Position numbers and translations under genes: made by a program. Under the pieces are notes generated by a model. That model was not told where the DNA came from and did not search any database. It worked only from the letters and a program-made list of their open reading frames with translations. Shown here one piece after another: positions 38,118 through 50,312 of a stretch of 64,000 nucleotides of DNA; position 1 is the stretch's first letter, and each line of letters starts with the position of its first letter. The DNA is from Spongospora subterranea f. sp. subterranea (lineage: Eukaryota), in assembly GCA_049724395.1 (NCBI GenBank), contig JAUGWO010000007.1, positions 62,001 through 126,000 on the forward strand, in the 5' to 3' direction.

Positions 38118-39551
38118 TCACTGCTGTTCCGAAGGAACGTGACCTGCGGCTATCATGGCGGCTTTGATTTCAGGATCGGCGGTTTTGTACACTGATAAGA
38201 TGTCATCTTCGAGGTGTGCTACAAAAACATAGGGCTCCCATGTGTCTATATAAAGAATAATCAGTAATAATAATACACCACTTGAGGCTCGGTGCTGATT
38301 CTAACCGTCCCATGGCCCTTTCCACTCGATTTTATAAACCAATTCGCCATTTGACATCTTTACGTCGCGCAGACTCTTGACTATCCATGCTTTGGAAGTT
38401 GATGGCTTAGGAACGCGCTTCTTTTTCGCCTTTGGCAAAGATCGACGAGGTTTGCTTTCGCTTGACTTGCCCTTAATTTTGATCGTTCCTGCCACGCCAG
38501 ACGACCTTTTCCTGTTCCCTGAATCTCTATGGCTAGACATATCAGGGGAAGATAATATTTGTTCAGGAACGTCGACAACTCTAGTTGAATCGACGGCGTC
38601 TTCAGCAGAGCTGGGCAACAGAGGAGAAGGAGACGGTTCCCCAGATTTCATAGTCTCTGACTCAGCTACACCGCTAGATATTGCTGCATTCTGTTGCTCA
38701 ACGTTCTTTGCCGGAGAGGAGCTCGACTCAGAATATTCTTCGAGAGAGTTTCCGTTATCTAATAGTGCCAATTTTGGAAGCTCTTTCCACAGAGGATGAA
38801 GTGTCGGCCAAGACGGATTCGATTGACGTGCCTTTGGACTTCGAGGGAGAACGAATGTTGGTATTGATAGGGGAAATTCTGGTCGGAGATATAGATTCTT
38901 TCACAATGACTTCGCGATCATATGGAGACGACTTTGTTGCTGTATTGATTGAAATCACACAATCAGATTGATCAGGTTTGATTTACTCAAATTTGGAATT
39001 CCCACCTTGGAAAACTGGTGACTGTGTTTCTCCAGCATTATTTGTGGAGGCGGATGATAGTGATTTGGACGGAGGGCATTGATCAGCAACCCGGCCAGAG
39101 TTTTCCTTTACTGAATCGAAACGAGCTGGAGAAGCGGATCTAACAGATCCGCCAGATTCTAAACTATTCAGGACTATGAGATTACCGGTTTGGCTGTCTG
39201 AAATAACCATGTGATGGTCTTTATCGCCATTGTTATATTCTTGGGCATCATCCGCAACGTCGAATTTCGCTTGGTTGGGAATTAAATCACGTCGTTTCTG
39301 GCGGTAGCGATGTGCACTCCATTCTTTTTTTACCGAGCAATGTATCCATCGCAGTATCTGAATGCTGTCTTGGTAGCATTGCAGCTCGTCGCAAACCTTC
39401 AACCATATCAAAAAAAGCATTGGTCTGATCAGTTTCATGCGCCATCTACAGCAGATGCCGGTGAAGATGAATAATAATAAGCGCCAAGGTTCAACGAACT
39501 AACCTGATAAGCGATCTCGATGAGCCGTTCCCACCATAGAATACTAGCCAT
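38118..39551 (-). CDS. Protein with Ser-rich disordered middle and C-terminal chromodomain
   Basis: WIVKSLRDVKMSNGELVYKIEWKGPWD/intron/DTWEPY matches the chromo consensus. Basic NLS-like KAKKKR upstream. Confidence 0.7.
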
Positions 39552-40077
39552 GAATTAGAGATAAGCACTAATTGGCAAACGAGGGCTAATGACAGGTATT
39601 CCTTTCTATCTGGTCATTATCTTGTGGTTAACAAAAGCCCACAGTCCACGCACTGCGGTCCTCCCAGCATGTACAGGGGAACAGAAAGACAACTGGGAAG
39701 GTGCGTGATTTACTGACGCCATGTTGGGCACATACATAAGGGATAGAGGGCACACTGGACACAACCAATAATATGAAAAAATACCTATGTTTTGGGCAAT
39801 ATCCCTGATGAAACGGCTGTTTATACGCTCGTTGATGGGCCTGTAATGGCCATTGTTTTTTTCCTCGTTTTGTTCTTGCGGTTTGAACTGTCTGCACAGT
39901 ACACATTTCAATTTCATCGTCTTCTCTCTCGCTGCTTATATATATCCTTGTTTTCCTGTCTCTGTCTGCTTTTTCGTTTGAACACCTGCACGATCGCAAA
40001 ATCACTTGTGCCCAGTCTCAGTCTGTTGTGTATTCGAATATTCACCTCTGACGTTTCCTACGCTCTTGCATCACAAT

Positions 40078-40192
40078 TGGGCCCTGCGAGTACCAGCCCC
40101 GACTGGGTTGGTACTCCCCACGGGTGAAGCTGCAACCCTCAACTGTTGACAGTTGAACTGTGCGGCGGACATGCCTGACTTGCGGGAGTACC
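40078..40192. promoter_or_regulatory. Hairpins and iteron-like motifs upstream of Rep (candidate origin or terminus)
   Basis: 12-bp stem GAGTACCAGCCC/GGGTTGGTACTC with CGACT loop (40088-40116). 8-bp IR TCAACTGT/ACAGTTGA (40139-40156). GAGTACC repeated at 40186. Function inferred only. Confidence 0.45.
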
Positions 40193-40231
40193 TGTCTGTT
40201 TTATCATATACCCTGCATTTTGTGATTCACG

Positions 40232-41457
40232 ATGGCGTCGCAGGCGTCGACGGAGGACAGGTCCGCTCCGAACCGCCTGACAACGGACTGCGTCGATGAT
40301 GAATCGTCCGGCGATGTTGAGGATTTTGAGGACGCAGCGAACTACCAGCAGGTTGTGGCCCTCGGCGATACAGACACCGAAGACCTCGCCGCCTTCAAAT
40401 CAGATAAGATTAACAGAAAACGTAAGAGGCCAAAGCAAACGGGAACCAAGTATATACCTGCGGAAGTGTCACCAGCAGATCGCGTCATTCTCAAAAGCAT
40501 AACCAAAGAGCCTCAAAAGGGATTTGCTTTCCGCGGCACACGTTTGTTTGCTACGTGGCCAAAGTGCGATACCCTGCCTGCATCGGTTATTGACAAAACG
40601 TGGCGCCAGTTTCCCCACGACATCGAGAGAGCTGTGGTGAAGCAGGAAGCACAGAAGGACGGCACATGGCATCTTCACGCGCTAATCATATTCCGTCCGA
40701 GGCATCGCCAATCCCTGAAAGTAAGACCCCTGCCACGGTGGAGGGTACCAACTGGTATTCCCTCAATGTGCAATCCCAGTTCATCGTGTTTTGTGGTAGT
40801 CGGCGGAGAAGTTGGACGCGCTAGCAGGCAAGAGGGGCCGCTACCTCACCGCATCGTCGCAACACCATGTTCTAAAATACCTCCTGAAGGATTGCAGTAC
40901 GGGCCTGTTGGCGTACGATGGTGCCAATGGGGAATCGCCTCACGAGTGGTTAGCCTGCTTGGCTAACAAATTCAATCCGCACGCTGTTCGCACAGCCGAC
41001 CTCATAGCATCCGGAGCCCAAAAAACCGAGATTGGACACGAGTTGTCAGGTTGCCTTTTAAAGGACCCAGCTAAGGTGAATCGGTTCATATTGATGTGTA
41101 AGCTCCAGTTGGAGCGCACACATGAATGACATTAGATTTCTCACGTATGGCTGTTCTCTGTGTCTAGTGGCCGTCGATAACGACGACGAAAACTTTAAGG
41201 CAAAGCAGCCCACATCCGACGACGAGACAAAGCAGCCCCTGCTCAATTGGCTTCAACTCGACGATATCACTGCTGGTATCACCGTGCGAAATACCAATAT
41301 TGCCTTCGACTTCCCATGGTAGCCGCTACATCTCTACATTAGGGCACCGCCCGACGTGGGGAAGACGGAGTTTTTCAACAGCCTCAGACGGTTCCTCCGC
41401 GTTTACAATATGCCAGCGATGACGCACTGGTCCTCCGAACTCGCAGCCTGCCAATAA
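40232..41457 (+). mobile_element. rep: CRESS-DNA-virus-like (gemini/genomo-type) HUH Rep with two putative introns and a truncated SF3 helicase
   Basis: Motif I RLFATWPKC, motif II EAQKDGTWHLHALI, motif III VLKYLLKD, Walker A LYIRAPPDVGKT. Introns 40721-40799 and 41098-41167 join the frames. In-frame TAG at 41320-41322. No Walker B. Confidence 0.85.
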
Positions 41458-41557
41458 TCCCCATTTTTTTCCTATCCAACTTTTTTATCTCCACTGTTTT
41501 CTGAATATATTTGTATGGAATTCAGTTCATTTTCAACAAGTCATGGCTAAAGATGTT

Positions 41558-43640
41558 ATGATGCGACTGGGCCAATGGGTTTGGTGCGACTGGGCCCATC
41601 ATCCCACGATGCGACTGGGCCTATGGGGTTATGATGATGATGACTGGGCCCATCATCCCACGATACGACTGGGCCTATGGGGTTATGATGATGATGACTG
41701 GGCCCATCATCCCACGATGCGACTGGGCCTATGGGGTTATGATGATGATGACTGGGCCCATCATCCCACGATACGACTGGGCCTATGGGGTTATGATGAT
41801 GATGACTGGGCCCATCATCCCACGATACGACTGGGCCTATGGGGTTATGATGATGATGACTGGGCCCATCATCCCACGATACGACTGGGCCTATGGGGTT
41901 ATGATGATGATGACTGGGCCCATCATCCCACGATACGACTGGGCCTATCGGATTATGATGATGATGACTGGGCCCATCATCCCACGATACGACTGGGCCT
42001 ATGGGGTTATGATGATGATGACTGGGCCCATCATCCCACGATACGACTGGGCCTATCGGGTTATGATGATGATGATGACTGGCCCCATCATCCCACGATA
42101 CGACTGGGCCTATCGGGTTATGATGATGATGACTGGGCTCATCATCCACGATACGACTGGGCCTATCGGGTTATGATGATGATGACTGGCCCCATCATCC
42201 CACGATACGACTGGGCCTATCGGGTTATGATGATGATGACTGGCCCCATCATCCCACGATACGACTGGGCCTATCGGGTTATGATGATGATGACTGGCCC
42301 CATCATCCCACGATACGACTGGGCCTATCGGGTTATGATGATGATGACTGGGCCCATCATCCCACGATACGACTGGGCCTATCGGGTTATGATGATGATG
42401 ACTGGCCCCATCATGATGCGACTGGGCCCATCATCCCACGATACGACTGGGCCTATCGGGTTATGATGATGATGACTGGCCCCATCATCCCACGATACGA
42501 CTGGGCCTATCGGGTTATGATGATGATGACTGGGCCCATCATCCCACGATGCGACTGGGCCCATCATCCCACGATGCGACTGGGCCCATCATCCCACGAT
42601 ACGACTGGGCCTATGGGGTTATGATGATGATGACTGGGCCCATCATCCCACGATACGACTGGGCCTATCGGGTTATGATGATGATGACTGGGCCCATCAT
42701 CCCACGATACGACTGGGCCAATGGGGTTATGATGATGATGACTGGGCCCATCATCCCACGATACGACTGGGCCAATGGGGTTATGATGATGATGAACTGG
42801 GCCCATCATCCCACGATACGACTGGGCCAATGGGGTTATGATGATGATGACTGGGCCCATCATCCCACGATACGACTGGGCCAATGGGGTTATGATGATG
42901 ATGACTGGGCCCATCATCCCACGATACGACTGGGCCTATCGGATTATGATGATGATGACTGGGCCCATCATCCCACGATACGACTGGGCCTATCGGGTTA
43001 TGATGATGATGACTGGGCCCATCATCCCACGATACGACTGGGCCAATGGGGTTATGATGATGATGACTGGGCCCATCATCCCACGATACGACTGGGCCAA
43101 TGGGGTTATGATGATGATGACTGGGCCCATCATCCCACGATACGACTGGGCCAATGGGGTTATGATGATGATGACTGGGCCCATCATCCCACGATACGAC
43201 TGGGCCTATCGGATTATGATGATGATGACTCGGGCCCATCATCCCACGATACGACTGGGCCTATCGGGTTATGATGATGATGACTGGGCCCATCATCCCA
43301 CGATACGACTGGGCCTATCGGGTTATGATGATGATGACTGGGCCCATCATCCCACGATACGACTGGGCCAATGGGGTTATGATGATGATGACTGGGCCCA
43401 TCATCCCACGATACGACTGGGCCAATGGGGTTATGATGATGATGACTGGGCCCATCATCCCACGATACGACTGGGCCTATCGGATTATGATGATGATGAC
43501 TGGGCCCATCATCCCACGATACGACTGGGCCTATCGGGTTATGATGATGATGACTGGGCCCATCATCCCACGATACGACTGGGCATATCGGGTTATGATG
43601 ATGATGACTGGGCCCATCATCCCACGATACGACTGGGCCA
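41558..43640. repeat. Tandem array of ~38 copies of a 54-bp unit
   Basis: Unit GATGATGATGACTGGGCCCATCATCCCACGATACGACTGGGCCTATGGGGTTAT with a few sequence variants and partial units. Confidence 0.97.
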
Positions 43641-43658
43641 TAAGGAAATTGCATTATA

Positions 43659-46299
43659 TTAGGATATGTTAGAAGGTGTTGATGATATCACTGGAATATT
43701 CCTAGTCTGACCAATCTCATGAATTATGAACTCGACATGGTCGCTATGTTGCATAATCAGATCCAGACTCCGCTTCCGACACTTTATCGACACCGATCGA
43801 TCGTTCATCTCTAACCCTATTTTGTGACGTTGGAATGTGGGAGGCGAGCCCGATATGAGGCAGCAATCTACGTAAATCTCGACAATATCTTGGATTCTCA
43901 TGGATTTAGGAGCGTTTGATATCCGGTGCGAACTGAACCCATTGAGCGTCGTTAATAGTGATTGAGATTTAAGCTGAAGACATGACCTTCTCCAATTGAT
44001 CAGGGAATGCTGATGATCAATCCACACTCGGCAACGATGGAAACCTGTTGAGCTATAGCAGAGTTTGACAGCTGAATATACATATGGCACAGAAGAAGTT
44101 AAGGACGATAACGAAATTGTCATCTGGCCAGCGTCAGGAATATAATCAGAAAGAATCATATCCTGAAAGGAGGAGAAGGGTAGTCCTCGATCAGAATTTT
44201 AATCAAGGACCATATGGCGTTATTTTGAACCTGATATTGCCCATGATTACAGTTTGGTTGGGAACCGGATAGGAGTCGCTGTTTGAGGGTGTTCAGTTCC
44301 TGTTGTAATTCCTGTATTGCGTTGGCCTGATTCTGGATCTGACGGCACAAATCAGTAGTATGATCCTGATGGAATTAACTACATAGATAATGAAGGGGGG
44401 ACATTGGTGAAATACCATGAGAAAATGCATCTGAGCACGTTTATAGGGTATGCTCGATGAGGATTCATGGCGCTCATCACCGTTGACACGAGAACTCATC
44501 TGTTTTAACCAAATATGGAATCAATATCACAAGAAAATAAATGCGGTTTAAAGATGACCAATTGACAACTTCCGATAACAACTTCATGGCCAGTAAACTC
44601 AAATGACCTGATTAGATACAGATGATGATGATAAAGTGCGACGATGTCGGCTCCTGTCGACCTGCCGACATATCGACCCAAACCTGATCATTTCGGGTTA
44701 AACCTTGGTAAAAACCAGATTAAAGTTATGGACCTGAGAGTATTTCTGGTCTGATTGCGATGGTGCAATCGTGGAGATATGGTGGCGATAACGGCGACGG
44801 AGCAGTCGCCGTCTAAACCAGGTTGAAGGAGTTGTGTCACTAAAACACACCAGGTATTCAAATCAGCACCTCAAACGGTGATCGCAAAATAACCGAATTG
44901 GAAAACAACAAATTTTGAGAAACATGTGTAATACATTTACTGTCGCGATAAGGAATATGGGAGTGATCAGATGGGGTAGATGAGACTTGATCATGGTGTA
45001 ATAATGAGGACATTACTCGGGATAAACCCAACAACGATCTGTTGATATGGCGGCACTCGAGGGCTCGCCTGGTATCGACTGAACTATGATCAACGGAGCA
45101 GGATTGGGAGGGGCGGGATGATGGTCTCGCCAAAGACACATTCTCACTCCCAGCCAGATCAACCAGATTAACGACCGCATCGAACGCGCCTGAGCAACTC
45201 AATCACGATCAGTATTGAGGGCGATTGCCATAGGGTACCGTCGCAAGTTGAGGTCAACGACTCTGAGTGGATCTTGATGACGAATACGGAATGGGATCGA
45301 GATGATCGCTGATTATGGCTGGTCTGGCCCGTATTGCGATTATCACCTCCCTCTAATAATACTGATATCAGATCGTCTGGATCGCGTATGTTCTTCACTA
45401 CTAGTCCAGGGATATTGATCCATTGCTGGGCGCTATTCCCATGGTCGAACCGCAGGTTCTTCCCGCCACCTGAAACCAGTAAATCATCCAACCCGATTCC
45501 ATGAAAGGGACCCAATGGACAGATTCTGTACCTAATAGACAGCTGACTTGATTATTATATATCTCCAGATACGACACCGATAATCTGATATGGCGTCTGG
45601 TTTCATTGTCCTTCATGTACATGAATATATCGGAGAAGGACAAGATCAATATTCCAGGAGATCTCTGGTTCCTGAATTCCCCGAAAACTGAAATCAATCC
45701 CATAACCAAGAGAATGACAGATTTTCATAATACCCGAATATCGTGTAGGTTTTCCCTAATGATTACAATTGGCAATGAGCACGACCCGATTGTCGATAAT
45801 GAAGGGTTGTTGTACCTGACGATGTCTGTCCATACGCGAATATATTCCCGTTCTCGCCAGATTCACATGCCTGTAAGATTACCTGGACCAAATGGTTCAG
45901 ACTGGTTTGATCCGGTTAGTCGGGTTCGTCCTGACAGATCTTGCAAATCCATAGTAAAGATCAGTTGTGGTTTCGTCCTCTGTGCAAACATAATCGTAGA
46001 AATATTCCCGATTGTCCTGATCATGAACGATAAGACATTATCGTCGGCGATCGCTGCAGTCGTCGCAGGAAGCCAACCTGTACATCGGCGACCCCATCTG
46101 GTCGAAAGGAACCGGCGTCGCTGTTGATGAGCCTCCATGCGTTAACATCGCCAACCGGAATCGGCTTGAGACGAATCGCAACTTTGATCTTATCAGGACC
46201 GGAACGAGTCTGATCTTGTCTCTTTCCATTAATCATCGGTCGAATTGACTGATCAATATCGGGTACATGATGGCGTAACTGACTCTGACTCATGATCAT
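43659..46299 (-). CDS. Kinesin motor protein (kinesin-7/CENP-E-like motor), short coiled coil and C-terminal PH-like region
   Basis: KIKVAIRLKP, IFAYGQTSSG/GKTYT, VSYLEIYNNQ, NQRSSRSHSVF, NLVDLAGSE, HINRSLLGL, HIPYRDSK. Confidence 0.9.
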
Positions 46300-46396
46300 T
46301 TGGGAAAATCACAATATCGAATGATGTGATGATCATTATATGAGGTGTAGTTTATGAATATGTCGAAAGATAAAAGAGATTCAGTCTTGAAACTGA

Positions 46397-49300
46397 CTAT
46401 TTAGATTGACCACCGTTGGAGGCAGGCTTATCACGCCAATTCGATTCTGGGGCTTTACTCGATCCAGCTGGCTTCAGTCGAGCAGAACTGTTATCCTCTT
46501 GAGTGCGTCTGGGTGCATCTGAACCAGCGTTGCTCAGTTTCGCCGAATTTCACAACATATTCAATGCGGTTCTTACTGTAGGAATCAGCGGATGGACCTG
46601 TTCTTCGCGAGGCGTCAGTGGATCTGGAGTACGTGCCCTTGAGTGACGCATCCCCATCTGGACGACGCCATGCATTATCACCGCTTGCATCAGGTCTGGA
46701 GGTGGTCGATCGGGGTTCGGCATCGCGTCTCCAGGTATCGCGAACTGCCAGACGCGACCCGCCATCAGAGCTGCGCCATTCCTTTTCAGACGGGGCAGCC
46801 GCCGCTACCGGTACGCGAGCAGTCGCGTCATCACCACGAGCGCGCCACTTTTCTTCAGATGCATTGGCCGCTGCACGAACGGGTATGCCTCCAGCAGATC
46901 GCCATGGTTCACTATTACTAGTTGTATTAGCCTTCTTGCGATCCTCGATCTCCTAACCCATGACATTTGTGAGAATTACAGATCCAAATATACAGATATA
47001 GTCGGCATTATCATTACCTGCTCTTTCTGGCGTTTTTTTTCTTCGATGGCATCGAGATCCGCTTGCTTTTTGCGTCGAACTTCTTCAGCTTTTGCCTTAA
47101 TTTCTTCCTCCTCTTTTCGCTTTTGTTCCGCCAGCTCTTCGAGTCTCTGGTTTTCAGCTTCCTCCAAAGCCCAACGCTGTATTTCTTCAACCCTATAGTA
47201 GCATACGATCAGATACTTGGTGAGGAATATTGTGGTGTATACCTCTCCTGCTCTTTCTGTTTCAATATCTCGTTATAATGATCAATTTCAGCTTGATGAG
47301 CAATGCGGCGCTTATCCATTATTTGCTGGAAAAATACATCGCGAGCGCCAGCCATACGTGCCAATTGAACCTTAGAAAGAACAATTATTAGACCAAGGAC
47401 TAACGAAAACCACCATTATCGTACCTTATCCAGAACAGTTTCCTCGTGCTTAGTACGGTGAAGAGCACAATGTTTAACCCATTGCTCATCATAGTAAGCC
47501 TTGTCAACAACACGTTGCGTATTCTGTTGCTCAATCAACAACGGACGCTCCTCGAGACGCATAGCCCGATTGACATATTCAAGACGTTTAAAGTCGTCCT
47601 TTAGCTTGCGCTCTTTAGCGCGTTGTCTGTCAACCGATTAGCAATTCATCACAGATTCTGACCAACGCGGGGTTACTCATGAGATTGGACTTCTTGTTGC
47701 GCTTCTATCAGCTTCTCTCTGTCGACGTTTTCGGCATCCTCTTCAAGCGCATCAATGATTTTCCGTGATTTAACGGTGGTTGACTCTCCAGCAGCTGCAG
47801 CTGCCGCTTTGAGTTTATCAATCAACGCCAGATTGGCCGCAAGAATCCTAACGATGAGCAATAAAAAAATATGCCAGATTCTTTACTGGGCTCATTCTAC
47901 CTGTCCTTCTCGGCGCGCTCTTCTCGTTCTTTTTCACGACGCGCCTTCTCGTCTTGAAGTCGGTTCTGCTCATCTTCCATCTTGCGCTGCTTGGTCTGCT
48001 GTGCCCGAATGAATTCATCACGCTGGACACACTTCTGTTAAGTGACGACAAACAAGCTTGCAAATTTGACAACCGACCTCACGACGATGCGCTGACATTT
48101 CAGCTTCTTGTTTGCGCCTCTCGATCACCTGTTTACGGATAAACACATCGCGATGCTCCCGATCCATACCGAGCTTGGCCAGTTGGAACACCTGTAAGAA
48201 AAGCATTATGTATGAACTCCACATCAAATGTTAACTGTTCGCACCTGAATTCGCTGAAGGTCTTTATCAGCTTGGCTGATCGGATGAATTTTATCGACGC
48301 AAATCTGGAGGGAAGACGCCAAGCTGGAAAGCTGCTTTAGATAAGGCGTCGACGAACCCAAGTCAGGATCAAATGAAAGATTGTTGGAATGATGATCGAT
48401 GCGAACGCGAATCAGACCATCCTGAAAACGGCAGAATAAGCTCATCGCCCAGTTTCAAACAAATATAACCGACCTTGACCCATAGAACGATTAGCTGTTC
48501 AATGTCGCCAGCAGATAAAGACTTTGGGACGAGTTCTAGAAATGTATCCATTCGAAGGACTTTATAAACCTGCAATCGCATTGTAAGTTAGCGATAAGTG
48601 AATATTTGTAGCGAAACTTGATACCCGGGAAAACTGCTGCAAAAGGACCAGAACAATAGATTTGGAGAGCGAAACAGAATACTGAGAAAGGTGAGGAATT
48701 GAAGATATCTGTTCCAGCAGGGGCAGCGCATCACTGGCAAGTTTGGAAGGCGCAACCGCACGAGTATTGGTCATAAGAGCGAAAATCTGAAAATCATTCG
48801 TTCAAACCGAGTCATAAAAATCCTTCAACAATGAGTAACCTGTTTGACGAGATCGGATGCGTGCTGAACAATGTTATGACGGTTTAGCTTTTCTAGAATA
48901 CGAGGACGGCTGGGTGGGTGACTGAACCCAAGCATGGCAGATAGACGCGCGTTCTTCTGATCGTGGCCATCAACGTAACTGGAGCGAGATGACAATGCGG
49001 ACGACTGAAGAGGAATCGATACGGCGGCGATCACCAAACGGTCGGCAACTACGACAACGGAACACTTTAAAATGGCGCTGAACAACGCGATTTGAAAAAG
49101 CGTACCAGATGCGGTTTCGGTTTCAGAACCGGATGCAAGAGCGAATTCAAAAAGTTTATCAACGCAATACGCGTGGAATAACGGATTAGACGACTTCCAG
49201 AAAATCAATTCTAGTTTCTGGTAATAAGTCGACAACAGCGACTGGTCCAACTTAATGGCAACTTTGGCCCGTAGCAATAGATCATGAATATCTGTATATG

Positions 49301-50312
49301 AACGTAAAAAAAGGAGAGTGAAGAAACGGGGCGGACAACGACACCTTCAATAACCCGGTAGGCCTCCTGCCATTGATCCAAGGTGCTAGCACACTCCAGC
49401 TGGGCGAATCGGGTTCGAAGAAAGGCCTGGACTGTATCAGGGGAGCTAATATCGACCGCATTAACCTGCTCTTGATTGTTGATAATCGTGTTCAGGTTCT
49501 TGCGAATCAGATCACACAGGTTCCGGAATTCACTGGTGCGTTGATGAACAATGCAGTAAGACAGCGCTTTCTGCACCGTTTGATGATACAGTTTATCAAG
49601 ATGTTGATTGTTTCGCATAACTTCAAGAACAGTACGATACGTGTCCCAAAGATATTTCAACCTAATCATCAATCAATGAACATTCGGATTTGGCCGGCGA
49701 TACATCTGGAGATACCAGGGGGTTACTATCTCCCGCTTGCTCCTGTCCTGGTCGTCTTCACCGCCAACTCCAGGGACGAAGAAGTGTTGCACCTCAGAGC
49801 GATATCCGATAATATCGTGTTCTGTGCGAGAAGACGAAGCAGTGGCGACGTCCGCCCCGCCGGGTGAGGGCACTTTAGATTCGGCTTCAGCATCAGCCGC
49901 TCTCACCTCCGCTAATCGAATGAACTCCTTGATAATGCGTTCGAGTGACGCCACTTCTTTGACCTGGCAGATATTACGATAATAGAGCAGACCTTCCTAA
50001 ATTGACAAAGAAAAGATATTAAACATTAAAGAAAAAAAATGTCGAATGTGTTGGGCTACTAACTTTAGCGTTTTTGCGATTTTCAACGGCAAGTTTAACA
50101 TAGAGCATCATGATCTGTTCATGAGTTGGCTGCCAGACGCGATATCGGCGTGATAGCAACATGCTATGGAGACTGCGCAAGGCGGCGTCATCCTTATTAA
50201 CTTTAACTAGATCTAACACAGCCAGGTCAGAGGTTATCGCGTCACGAGCGGTGCCAGACTAACCGAGAGCCTTTCGCAAGGCGTTCTCGGGCTTGGCGAA
50301 ATGGTGTGACAT
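46397..50312 (-). CDS. EIF3A: Eukaryotic translation initiation factor 3 subunit A
   Basis: [65 protein letters not shown]...WQEAY, charged coiled coil and Arg/Asp-rich tail. Confidence 0.96.

Noticed and set aside
41558..43640. CRISPR array
   Set aside because: Units are contiguous near-identical repeats with no unique spacers, there are no cas genes, and the context is eukaryotic.
41543..43672. Plus-strand repeat ORFs (WAHHPTIRLGLWGYDDDD and MMMMTGPIIPRYDWAY)
   Set aside because: They are open only because the unit is 54 nt. Unit variants are non-synonymous in these frames and the frames swap at indels.
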